Shown one piece after another: positions 1 through 11,275 of a stretch of 41,943 bases of DNA (position 1 is the first letter of the stretch; each line of letters opens with the position of its first letter). Made by a program: the position numbers and the translations under genes. The notes below the pieces were generated by a model that did no database searches, was not told the DNA's origin, and saw only the letters and a program-made list of their open reading frames with translations. The stretch is from Candidatus Zixiibacteriota bacterium (lineage in GTDB: Bacteria; Zixibacteria; MSB-5A5; UBA10806; 4484-95), in assembly GCA_029932605.1 (NCBI GenBank), contig JAOZPT010000017.1, positions 1 through 41,943 on the forward strand, given 5' to 3'.

Positions 1-9
1 GTTCTTTAT

Positions 10-37
10 GCAGGGGCGTATCGCAATACGCCCCTAC
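10..37. repeat. REP-like palindrome, GTAG class (copy 1)
   Basis: GCAGGGGCGTATCGCAATACGCCCCTAC; hairpin ending in CTAC; 24/28 identical to the copy at 16905-16932. Confidence 0.8.
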
Positions 38-63
38 CTTGTCAAAATTACACATTTTACGTG

Positions 64-87
64 CTGTCGGGTGGCCTCACCCGACAG
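64..87. repeat. RAYT-flanking hairpin (downstream side)
   Basis: CTGTCGGGTG-GCCT-CACCCGACAG; perfect 10-bp stem, 3 nt from the RAYT stop. Confidence 0.8.
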
Positions 88-90
88 TCT

Positions 91-570
91 CTAAAGCCAA
101 TCAAAATCAAGGACAATTCCTCTGGATGAATTTCTTTCACACCAATCACTATAGCTGGAAAAATGCCAATCCTCAGGTTTATCCACTAATCCTGATTTTA
201 CTGGGTTAAAGTGAATGTAGTCAAGTTTTATATTAAACTGTTTTATCGTCTTCAATAGTAGATCGTCGAATCTGTCTTGCCATAATTTACCTTTCCCTAT
301 TAAAGACTCTCGTACCCTGCCCTTAAAAGAATGAATAAACTTCGATATCCCCGGTCCACCATCTTTAGAACCTGCAATGATATGAATATGTGTTGGCATT
401 AATACATAACCCATAAGAAAGATGGATTTGTCCTTGACCGTTCGAAACAAGATGTTCTCTATCATAGTTATACTATGTGGGTATTTAGGAAGGACTCTCC
501 TGTTATAAGTAGAGGTGGTTATAAAGAACAACGAGGGTTCTTTAATTAAGGTTCTGTTCCTTAATGGCAT
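91..570 (-). mobile_element. REP-associated tyrosine transposase (RAYT, Y1 HUH family)
   Basis: FFITTST, YVLMPTHIH (HUH), LWQDRFDD, YIHFNPVKSGLV (catalytic Tyr), DWHFSS; flanked by hairpins. Confidence 0.9.
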
Positions 571-590
571 ATCTAATATTGAAAAGAATT

Positions 591-616
591 GTTGTCAGGT
601 CAGGCGACCTGACAAC
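591..616. repeat. RAYT-flanking hairpin (upstream side)
   Basis: GTTGTCAGGTC-AGGC-GACCTGACAAC; perfect 11-bp stem; loop is the reverse complement of the loop at 64-87. Confidence 0.8.
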
Positions 617-827
617 ACAAGAATATTTCACCCTGATTATGTATTCCAATATGACATTTTTATCTAAGGTATCATAGTCCCGTTTTTTTTCGAAAATTAC
701 TATCTCCACTGGAATTAAGATGGTTATCAGGGCCATTCCAATAACCATAAATATGTTTTGGTCGAATTTCTCTAACATTGAAATAACAGGATTAACTACA
801 TACCATAACCATAACATTCCCTGCTAC

Positions 828-3100
<2,273 letters not shown>

Positions 3101-3146
3101 AAATTTTCGTTCAACGGTGATTTTAACACATCCGCTCAACTATACT

Positions 3147-3175
3147 ATTATAATACAGAATCATCATAAATGCAA
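3147..3175 (-). promoter_or_regulatory. sigma70-type promoter for dciA-gyrB
   Basis: TTGCAT-N17-TATAAT on the minus strand. Confidence 0.65.
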
Positions 3176-3400
3176 GCTTTTGATACAATAAATTTGGCTT
3201 TTAAGCCGATGATATTTAATGAATTACAACCATGAATTGGAGCTTTTATACGAAAAGTTGGAATATCGACATTTTTATCAATGAAAAAATTTTCAAGAGA
3301 TGAAATGAATATTAATTTTACGGATAATTCAGCCCGATTTTAACGGTTATAAATATCTACAGTGTATCAACGAATATAATTCCCAAAGGCTTCATTTTGT

Positions 3401-4591
3401 CTAAGTTAATGATATTACCTCTGACTCGGTAAACCACTCGATAGCTTTGACCTCATCTGATTTACTAACTATGATTTTCATGTCAGAGGGCTTTATAACG
3501 CTCAAATCCAAATCCCCAATATGGCGCCATTCGTTTTCCGGACGCCATTCGCCATCCTTAATACCCTGGCTTTGAAAAAATGGTTTATCCTGCTGGTTAA
3601 GCGTTTCATATAAGGATGGCTTGCCGTAAATAACCGGGCGAAGGCCAATTGATCTGGCCGTCCCTGTTGAAATGGCGACACCATAAGGCTCGAAACCCCA
3701 GCGCACATACCTTGCTCGCCAGCGCATTAGTGGCAAAACATCCCTGGGGTGAAGACTGCTAAATCCCACAACACTCATTTGGTCTTTAATGTTGCTCGAT
3801 GAACCCCTGATTTTCTTTTCAACCAGGATTTGTTTAAGTGTATTGATGGCGCTGTTAGGATAATAATCACCAGAACTTACCAGCTTGGAGTAAAAAGATT
3901 GGGGGCTTTCGTTTCGATAGGGACCATAATGCGTACGTGCCCAGTGAGTGACATAATCCCAGGGCATATTTGAAATTTTGGGATTTAAATCCTCTTTTGT
4001 TATTACCTGCTTATATTTTTTTATCTTATCTTGATAGCCCACCTTGAAATCATTAATAACAACATTTTTGCCATCGTTTGAGTATTGTTTTAATAGTCTT
4101 TCAATATTGCCATCTGGCCTGAGGCTTACCGGTATAATTATGTTTGCACAACTTACCGCCAGCTTATCTCTTTTAGGCCAATCTACTTTGGGTGATTTAG
4201 CTTTTTGTGTGGCCGTAAAGAAAAGCCAGCCGGTCTTGTTATGATCAAGTCCAAAATCATCGACGATTTTATCGATAATCTGGTTTATATCTGTCGAGGA
4301 CTCAACAGGGCAGACGATAACCTGCCGGCCACCGCAATTGCCACAGGCCCAGCATACAAGCTCCCAGGTGTTCATACCGATACTTGTGATAAGAACATAA
4401 CTTTTTTTAACCGCCCATTTAATCGCTTTGAGTGTATTTACTATCCACGGGTCATTACCGGTGGGGGTTTTAGATTGCCTGGAGTTGAGAATTACAGCTA
4501 AAAGCCTTTCATCAAAAGGGAAATTGCCATAGTAGTCAGTTTCGATCGGGGAGGGGAAGTGTTGTTTGTATTTGAAAGTGATTAACTGCAT
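3401..4591 (-). CDS. Hypothetical protein: DprA/SLOG-like N-terminal domain plus AbiGi/ART-like C-terminal domain
   Basis: N-half AVILNSR, LITSIG, WPKRDKLAVSCANIIIPV...G; C-half THWAR, LKQILVEKKIRGS, VVGFS, YGVAI, ENEWR. Confidence 0.55.
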   Translation of the reverse strand: MQLITFKYKQHFPSPIETDYYGNFPFDERLLAVILNSRQSKTPTGNDPWIVNTLKAIKWAVKKSYVLITSIGMNTWELVCWACGNCGGRQVIVCPVESSTDINQIIDKIVDDFGLDHNKTGWLFFTATQKAKSPKVDWPKRDKLAVSCANIIIPVSLRPDGNIERLLKQYSNDGKNVVINDFKVGYQDKIKKYKQVITKEDLNPKISNMPWDYVTHWARTHYGPYRNESPQSFYSKLVSSGDYYPNSAINTLKQILVEKKIRGSSSNIKDQMSVVGFSSLHPRDVLPLMRWRARYVRWGFEPYGVAISTGTARSIGLRPVIYGKPSLYETLNQQDKPFFQSQGIKDGEWRPENEWRHIGDLDLSVIKPSDMKIIVSKSDEVKAIEWFTESEVISLT

Positions 4592-4674
4592 AATAGAAAT
4601 GTTGTTTAATCAATTTTCAGGGCTTGTAACCCTGCAACATATTGTTCTGTCAGAAATTACTATTCCACCGCTTG

Positions 4675-4724
4675 GCAGTCCAGATATTTCTGTCTGACCA
4701 TAACAGGCAAAATGCCTGTTCTAC
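4675..4724. repeat. Degenerate inverted REP doublet
   Basis: GCAG-TC-CAGATA-TTTC-TGTCTG, spacer, AACAGGCA-AAA-TGCCTGTT-CTAC (GTAG on the minus strand). Confidence 0.55.
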
Positions 4725-4759
4725 CAATTATGTAATAATAGCAAGACAAAGTTTGCCTC

Positions 4760-5986
4760 TTATCCCTCCACGAAAACATGCGCGAACACCTTGGCATCAC
4801 CCAAGATATTGGAGATATAGGCATACTCGTTTGGCTGGTGTGCGGTTTCATTCAATTTAGACCAGACCGCGGCTGAATACCCTGCCCGCCTGAATATAGC
4901 CGCCACCGTGCCACCGCCTATGCCGCAGGGTTTCGGCTGGACATTATATACTTTTTTTATTGCCCTGGAGAGCGCCTTAACTACAGGTGAATCGACCGAT
5001 GTCGGCGTAGCTGCCTCGGCTCTCTGTGACGAGGAGAAACTTATCTTGACATCAAACCGTTTCTCGATTTCATCTGCCCACATTCGTATTTTATCCTCAA
5101 CCTCCTTAAGCGGATAGTCGGGCAGAACCCGACAGTCGATATAAAAGACATCATCACCAGGGATGGTGTTGACATTGGGCACGTTTGCCTCTTTTTTGGT
5201 CGGTTCAAATGTGGAATATGGTGGTTCATAAAGTTCATCTTTGATATCGAATTCATTATAAAGTTCATCTATTTTCACCACTAGGTTGGAGGCGGCTTTA
5301 AAGGCATTTTTGGCCAGTTCGGGACGGGAGGCATGAGCTTGTTTGCCCTTAGTCTCAACTTTCAACCATACTATCGATTTTTCCGCCACCTCGATATCGG
5401 TGCCGGATGGCACACCAGCATCGGGGACTATAATAAGGTCATCTTTGTTAAAAAGGTCATGGTTGTCGAGGATATATTGTATACCGTAAGTTGAGCCGAC
5501 CTCCTCATCGGCAACAAAAAGTAAGCAGACATCATATTTGGGGATAACATCCTGGTCAATCAAAGCCTTTGCGGCGGCGTATGAGGATACTATCCCTTGG
5601 TGGTTATCCTCCACTCCCCTTCCGATGAGTTTGTCGCCCTCAATCTTCAAGCTGAACGGGTCGGAGTTCCAGAGTGAAAGCTCACCAGCCGGTACGACAT
5701 CAAGATGGCTCATCACCCAAATACGGCGTGATGAATCCTGCCCTTTGAAACGGTAAACGATATTGGGGCGTTTACCTGAGGGGACCCTCTTATCGTCTGC
5801 GGGATAAAGCTCCGGTTGAGGAAAACCATCTTTTTGTAGAAATTCCATTAAAGCTTCAGCCTTTATTATCTCACCGTCACCATCATTTTCCGGAGCCAGC
5901 GCTGGAATCGACACCAGAAGTTTCTGTATATCTATAACTTTTTGCTTGTAATCGTTTATCTGTTCAGATAGTTTCTGAAACATCAT
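4760..5986 (-). CDS. M20 family metallohydrolase (DapE/ArgE-like)
   Basis: SHLDVVP, GRGVEDN, DEEVGS, GKQAHAS, AHQPNE. Confidence 0.92.
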   Translation of the reverse strand: MMFQKLSEQINDYKQKVIDIQKLLVSIPALAPENDGDGEIIKAEALMEFLQKDGFPQPELYPADDKRVPSGKRPNIVYRFKGQDSSRRIWVMSHLDVVPAGELSLWNSDPFSLKIEGDKLIGRGVEDNHQGIVSSYAAAKALIDQDVIPKYDVCLLFVADEEVGSTYGIQYILDNHDLFNKDDLIIVPDAGVPSGTDIEVAEKSIVWLKVETKGKQAHASRPELAKNAFKAASNLVVKIDELYNEFDIKDELYEPPYSTFEPTKKEANVPNVNTIPGDDVFYIDCRVLPDYPLKEVEDKIRMWADEIEKRFDVKISFSSSQRAEAATPTSVDSPVVKALSRAIKKVYNVQPKPCGIGGGTVAAIFRRAGYSAAVWSKLNETAHQPNEYAYISNILGDAKVFAHVFVEG

Positions 5987-6461
5987 CGTTCTCCTTTAAG
6001 ATATTGCCATAATTCTGTATCATCTGCGGCGGAACTTTGCCCAGACATCTTAAGTAAGTGTAAAGATTACCCCTATGGTGGATTTCCTCATCAATAGCCA
6101 CCATTAGGAGTATTTCACCTGATACTTCACCATATGGTGTCTGACGAACTTTCAAAAATCTTCCATCAGGCACCTCGGAAAGTTTCTGTATGGTTTTCTG
6201 GTTTTCGCTCCTCAATTTATCCATTAACATCTCCTTTTCGAAAAAAGTGCTCGGGGCCATAGATGGCTCTTTCCATTCTCCTGTTAAGAAGCCATCACGT
6301 ATATAAATCTCAATATTAAGAATATGTTTGAATAGTTGGGAGACGGTCATTATCTCGGCAGCTGGCCTGTAATCGAACTTGTCAGCAGGAAACTCATCTA
6401 AAATCCGAAGAGTAAGGTGGCGAACATTATTCCAGTAGCAAAGTATGGCCTTTTTATCCAT
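5964..6461 (-). CDS. DinB family protein
   Basis: FDYRP...MTVSQLFKHI and EEIHHRGNLYTYLRCLGKVPP. Confidence 0.88.
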   Translation of the reverse strand: MDKKAILCYWNNVRHLTLRILDEFPADKFDYRPAAEIMTVSQLFKHILNIEIYIRDGFLTGEWKEPSMAPSTFFEKEMLMDKLRSENQKTIQKLSEVPDGRFLKVRQTPYGEVSGEILLMVAIDEEIHHRGNLYTYLRCLGKVPPQMIQNYGNILKENDDVSETI

Positions 6462-7245
6462 GGGCCTTCCCCCTGTTGTGAAACGACTGTTTTACTGCAA
6501 CGAATATCAAAGTTACCGGCAAATTTCTGGCTATATATGGGTATTCACGCATAATCTCCCTTGAGAATCCCAGATGGGGTGTTTTTAACGTCGGTTTTGG
6601 TTCTAAAAGTTTCTTTACCTCAAAGCCGGCGTTGGTAAGGGTGTTGTGGTAATAGGCTATGGAACGAAGATGATTCTGAAACTTAACCGAAATGCCATCG
6701 AATTCCCAACTCCATTTTAAAAGACGTGGATTAAAAGGGAAACTGGAACAAAAATGCATGTTACCTTTTTCTCCATCAAGGATATACTGCATCGGATGCA
6801 TCACCGAAAGAGCAAACATACCGCCGGGTTTGAGAATTCGATAAGCCTCTAAGAAAGCGGTCTTAATATCATTAACAAAAGCCATGGTACAGGCAGATAT
6901 TGCTATATCAAATGTGTCATCAGCAAGAAAAGACAGGTCAGTTACATCACTATTGAAAAATTCAATCTTAACGTTTTCATCTTGAGCAAGTGATTTCGCT
7001 TCGGCAAGTTGATTCGATGAAAAATCAACAGCCGTAACAACGGCTCCCGATTTCGCAAGGGCAATCGCATTCTGACCTGCACCGCAACCCAGGTCAATCG
7101 CTCTTAACCCAGATACGTCACCCAAAAGGCAAAGCTTATCCTCCCCCGGGCAAAGAGGACCATAATGGATAGTGTCAGACTTGATAAAATATCTTTTGTG
7201 ATAAAGGTGAGCTATTTTGTTCCATGACCTTTCAATATCCAACAT
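6454..7245 (-). CDS. Class I SAM-dependent methyltransferase
   Basis: AIDLGCGAG, AVDFS, FDIAIS, RILKPGG. Confidence 0.92.
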   Translation of the reverse strand: MLDIERSWNKIAHLYHKRYFIKSDTIHYGPLCPGEDKLCLLGDVSGLRAIDLGCGAGQNAIALAKSGAVVTAVDFSSNQLAEAKSLAQDENVKIEFFNSDVTDLSFLADDTFDIAISACTMAFVNDIKTAFLEAYRILKPGGMFALSVMHPMQYILDGEKGNMHFCSSFPFNPRLLKWSWEFDGISVKFQNHLRSIAYYHNTLTNAGFEVKKLLEPKPTLKTPHLGFSREIMREYPYIARNLPVTLIFVAVKQSFHNRGKAHG

Positions 7246-7417
7246 GCTAATAAATTATAATGTTTGATATTGGAAAACAAGAGTTATAATCATGCAAGCT
7301 AAATGACAAAGTAAAAGTTATGCTTGCCCTCATTTTGGAATATAAACCAATAAGACGATAAAGCTCATATCAAACAAAATTCGGCATTCCTGTAAATGAT
7401 ATTTGAAACCCGGGTCC

Positions 7418-8911
7418 CTAATCACCACGACCGGGAGCATTCCATAAAAAACGAACAAGGCCTTCCCGGCACCCCAGCCAGAGATAATCGCCGTCCTTCA
7501 CTAAAGAGTTGATATTGTTTTCTGGAAACCCATCGGCGGTTGTGTAAAGGAGGGTTGTCTCGTCGGCTTTTTTGTATCGCCATAATCCCAGTGATGTCGC
7601 ACCCCAGATATATGTGCTGTCGCTATAGATTTCGTTTATCACCCATCTATCGGCTAAGGAAAAATCGGTCGCCAGTTTCGAGATACCGGTATTGACATCA
7701 ATTATAATGACGCCATGTTTAACAGCAAAATACAACTTTTGGCTATCTGTAAATATATCGTTAACCTCACTTGCTAAATCATGTGAGGGAGTATCGAGAT
7801 GTTGAATCTTCAATCTGTCGGAATCAAACCTGTAAGCTCCATCGTTTGTGGCGATATAAAGAGATCCCCTGAAAACCAGAAGATCGTTTATTCGTTGCCC
7901 ATAAAACCGATATTTTTCGGGCAGAGGAGATTTGAATGTCGAATCGGGGACCTCCCCGGTTGAAGGCAAAATCCCGAGGCCGTTTTCCGTACCTATGTAG
8001 ATAAAGCCACCATACTCAGCCAGGGATAAAATGTTTTCGGAAGGAAGGCCACTGAAGGTCCCGTATGTTTTAAATGTTTCTTGCTCGTCAATTAATACCA
8101 GACCGCCTTTAGTTCCCAACCAGATAAATTCTTTATCAGCTAACCCGGTAGTCAATTCTGCATTACCCAGACCCGTGGTAAATTCGGGTTCGAAATATTT
8201 CCATTGCTTTAAGTTGAGGTTGTATCTGGTTAAACCTCTTTCGGCACGAGTATAATCTGTACCCATCCACAAGAAATTATCGATCTCGATAACTTTAGAT
8301 ATGTTGGAATTATAAGGCCCAAATACCATCAGCTCCATGTTAAGGTAGCGAGTGTTGATTATTACCGGCCCCATTCCCCAAGTACCAACATACATGAGAT
8401 CATTGTTATCTTCAAATCCCACGGTAATCTTGAAGTTACGCATATAGGGATCTGATATATAACCATCCTGATATTCATAACGAAATGGGGTGAAAAGGCT
8501 TGGAAAACGCGATGCATTCCAATGATTGATAACAAGATCGCTCGGAAATTTAAAATCTGGAAACCAGCTTTCAAATGCAAAGTTGTACTTAGCTACCCCA
8601 TTTGAGGTCAACGCCCATAACTCATCGAATGCGGGGTCATAGGCAAGTTCCTTGATATAATTGGATGGTAAACCGTTAGTTGCGGTCATCGGGTCAAGCC
8701 ATGTCTTGGAAAAACGGTCATAACGAATAATTCCACCGGTGGTCCCAAAATAAACAACTCTCTGGTCGGCTGCAATTGAGGTTATGTATCTAAACATTGT
8801 GTAATCCACCAAATCTCCCTCGCTGTATTTTATGGAGTACACTTGTTTGGCAAACAACATCATAAATATGACACCGGCAATCAATCGCCATGAATTTACA
8901 AGCCTTTTCAT
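7418..8911 (-). CDS. Exported beta-propeller protein (two-component-regulator-propeller-like repeats)
   Basis: Signal peptide from ATG 8911; repeats GLPSNYI, IWLGTKGGL, GLPSENILSL, LWLGCREGL; the track TTG 8947 coincides with a -35 box. Confidence 0.75.
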   Translation of the reverse strand: MKRLVNSWRLIAGVIFMMLFAKQVYSIKYSEGDLVDYTMFRYITSIAADQRVVYFGTTGGIIRYDRFSKTWLDPMTATNGLPSNYIKELAYDPAFDELWALTSNGVAKYNFAFESWFPDFKFPSDLVINHWNASRFPSLFTPFRYEYQDGYISDPYMRNFKITVGFEDNNDLMYVGTWGMGPVIINTRYLNMELMVFGPYNSNISKVIEIDNFLWMGTDYTRAERGLTRYNLNLKQWKYFEPEFTTGLGNAELTTGLADKEFIWLGTKGGLVLIDEQETFKTYGTFSGLPSENILSLAEYGGFIYIGTENGLGILPSTGEVPDSTFKSPLPEKYRFYGQRINDLLVFRGSLYIATNDGAYRFDSDRLKIQHLDTPSHDLASEVNDIFTDSQKLYFAVKHGVIIIDVNTGISKLATDFSLADRWVINEIYSDSTYIWGATSLGLWRYKKADETTLLYTTADGFPENNINSLVKDGDYLWLGCREGLVRFLWNAPGRGD

Positions 8912-9105
8912 AATAGTATAATAAAATAAACTTTTTCGTATTTGCAATAGTTATTAAGGCAAAATGTCGCGTCGCTTAAAGGAAGTGCCCGGTTAAATTT
9001 TTGTTGATTTTAATGGTGTGAATATATACTTTAAAGTGTGATAGAAAGTGTAATCTTTAAAGGTTGCTTTAATAACCGGTAAAATATAAACATCCCCGAA
9101 AGGGA

Positions 9106-10968
9106 ATGGTAATAGGCATGGAAAATATTTACAGGGAAGAGGAATACCAAAGGTTTGCAGACAACTTAAAGGTTGTTTTAGATGGTCCTAACATTAGACA
9201 TTGCAAATTAAAGCAGCTTCGTAAGCCTTCTTTTGAAACGGGTATAAGAACAAAACATGGCGCTTGGGGTTGGCGTTCAGCGGTTTCCTCCAGAGTTGCG
9301 CCTAAAACTGTTTATCTCGGCAATGAAAAAGTAAGATTACCCAAACCCACCGAGACTCAGCAATCGATTATAAAAAACGCACCCGAAGAACTTCACAAAG
9401 TAATCCATCTAATGAGGTCATTACCTTTTGTCCACATTCGACGGCGGATAGGAAATAACCCAGAATACAATCCGATTTGCAACCTCTATGTTTCGGTTGC
9501 CGACCGCAAGAATTACCGCCTTGCTTTAATGTGGGGTGAGACTATGTTTGAACCATCCAAAAAGCCCGGTCCCGAATTTATCATGATTCACATCCCCGAG
9601 GAACATCATTTGCGCCAGCAGGTGCTGGTTTTACCGGAATATAACATCAATATAGCTCTTGGCACTGATTATATGGGCGAGGACAAGAAAGGGTTTTTAC
9701 GCCAGGCGATGTGGTGTGCCGATGAGAAAGGAATGCTCGGGCTTCATTCCGGGACAAAGATGGTGACAGTTTGGGATGCTAAAGATAACCGCCTTAAAAG
9801 ATATGGTGTATTTATGTTTGGCCTCACTGCTACTGGCAAATCGACCTGGTCATGTCATCAGTTGGGGCTTGATATTAAAAGGGGAGAGAAAACCGAGGTA
9901 TCACAGGATGATATAGTCTTTTTACACAAAGATGGTTCAGCTTACGGCTCGGAGGCAAATTTCTTTGTTAAGACCGATGTTGACAAAAACCTTCAGGAGG
10001 CAATGTATTGGGCGCTTGTTGATAAAACCGCTCTTTACGAGAATGTAATGATTGACGCCTATGGTAATCCCGATTTTCTCGATGAAAGGCTTTGTGCCAA
10101 TGGCAGGGCGGTCATACGCAAGGATAAACTTCGGGTAAAACGTGGGCGAAAGCTGGTTAGAATCGACTCATCCAGCGTAAACCTTCCATCACTCTCGGAA
10201 CTCGATGGTCTCATTTTTGCTTTTATCACCAGAAGAAATACAATCATGCCTTTTAGCCAGAAGCTGACACCTGAGCAGGGAGTATTGGCATATTTGTGGG
10301 GTGAATCCACTCACAGCATGGCCTCGCAACCAGCCAGGGCAGGGGAATCTGTCCGCATCGTTGGTACCGATCCATTTATAGTCGGCTCACAGGCTGTGAA
10401 AGTAAACCGGTTTTATAACATCATCATGGAGCTGGTGGAAAAATACCCGGGGAAAGTGCATTTCTATCAGTACAACACCGGTGGTGTCGGTGAGATAATA
10501 GAAACCAGCGAAATAAACGGGAAGAAAGTTAAGAGGATGGTCAGGAAAGCCACCCGCGTACCTATTGATGTAATGGCTGCCATACAGCGTGGCGATCTGC
10601 GCGGAACAAACAAATACGCCGAAGGCCGTCTGGGAACCCTCGAGATAAAATCCTGTATTGATACCAGTCTGGATGAATATAATCCTGAAAAATGGTATTC
10701 TAAAGAGCAAATTCACCTTTATATCAAGGACCTGGTTGAAGGCCGAAAGGAATATACTGAATTTATCGCCAATCAAGGGCTTGACCAGGAAATTATCGAT
10801 CAGGCAGAAAAATCGTTTGCTATAGCCGGTGTGAAAAAAACCAAGGTTTTTGTTCCAGAAATTCCAGAAGCCAAAAAAGAAAAACAAATTCCTAAACCTT
10901 ACAGGTTACCTGACTTGAAATGGGAAACGAAATCCAGACCGAGAAGGTTGGGAAACAGATACATCTAA
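9106..10968 (+). CDS. Phosphoenolpyruvate carboxykinase (ATP), divergent subfamily
   Basis: GTDYMGEDKKG, LGLHSG, FGLTATGKST P-loop, QDD, YENV, NGRA, NTGG. Confidence 0.8.
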   Translation: MVIGMENIYREEEYQRFADNLKVVLDGPNIRHCKLKQLRKPSFETGIRTKHGAWGWRSAVSSRVAPKTVYLGNEKVRLPKPTETQQSIIKNAPEELHKVIHLMRSLPFVHIRRRIGNNPEYNPICNLYVSVADRKNYRLALMWGETMFEPSKKPGPEFIMIHIPEEHHLRQQVLVLPEYNINIALGTDYMGEDKKGFLRQAMWCADEKGMLGLHSGTKMVTVWDAKDNRLKRYGVFMFGLTATGKSTWSCHQLGLDIKRGEKTEVSQDDIVFLHKDGSAYGSEANFFVKTDVDKNLQEAMYWALVDKTALYENVMIDAYGNPDFLDERLCANGRAVIRKDKLRVKRGRKLVRIDSSSVNLPSLSELDGLIFAFITRRNTIMPFSQKLTPEQGVLAYLWGESTHSMASQPARAGESVRIVGTDPFIVGSQAVKVNRFYNIIMELVEKYPGKVHFYQYNTGGVGEIIETSEINGKKVKRMVRKATRVPIDVMAAIQRGDLRGTNKYAEGRLGTLEIKSCIDTSLDEYNPEKWYSKEQIHLYIKDLVEGRKEYTEFIANQGLDQEIIDQAEKSFAIAGVKKTKVFVPEIPEAKKEKQIPKPYRLPDLKWETKSRPRRLGNRYI

Positions 10969-11219
10969 CATGGATACCCAGACAAAAATCCGGATTAACT
11001 TATAGATTTTCAAGCAAGCCATCGGTATAATTATATGTCCAATCCCTGATAAATAAAGGGATTGCACCTATTTGTATTGGAATCTACCTATAAAAATTGT
11101 CATTTGCAATGATCCAATCGTATTCAGTGAGCTTGGATTATTAACTGCTTGAAACATGTAATATTTTGATAGTTTTATAGTTAATCAATTACATGAAACA
11201 CCGCTAATTTTAAATTCCC

Positions 11220-11273
11220 CAAAGGCACAACCTTTGATTTTTCCCTTCTATGAAACTTTAACAAGAGGGGAAA
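11220..11273 (+). promoter_or_regulatory. Structured leader with an RBS-sequestering hairpin
   Basis: CAAAGG-CACAA-CCTTTG hairpin, then TTTCCCTTCT (11240-11249) pairing with AGAGGGGAAA (11264-11273), 2 nt before ATG 11276. Confidence 0.45.
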
Positions 11274-11275
11274 CA

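Noticed and set aside
3140..3400. AT-rich spacer near dciA-gyrB as oriC
   Set aside because: No TTATCCACA-like box cluster seen and no dnaA/dnaN nearby.
4642..4860. Short ORFs 4642..4860(+) and 4660..4851(-)
   Set aside because: They overlap the M20 gene end, and GRTGILPV is simply the translation of the REP hairpin.
11215..11240. c-di-GMP-I riboswitch (AAAGGCACAACC)
   Set aside because: Lacks the GAAA-loop stem and the downstream GCAAA element.
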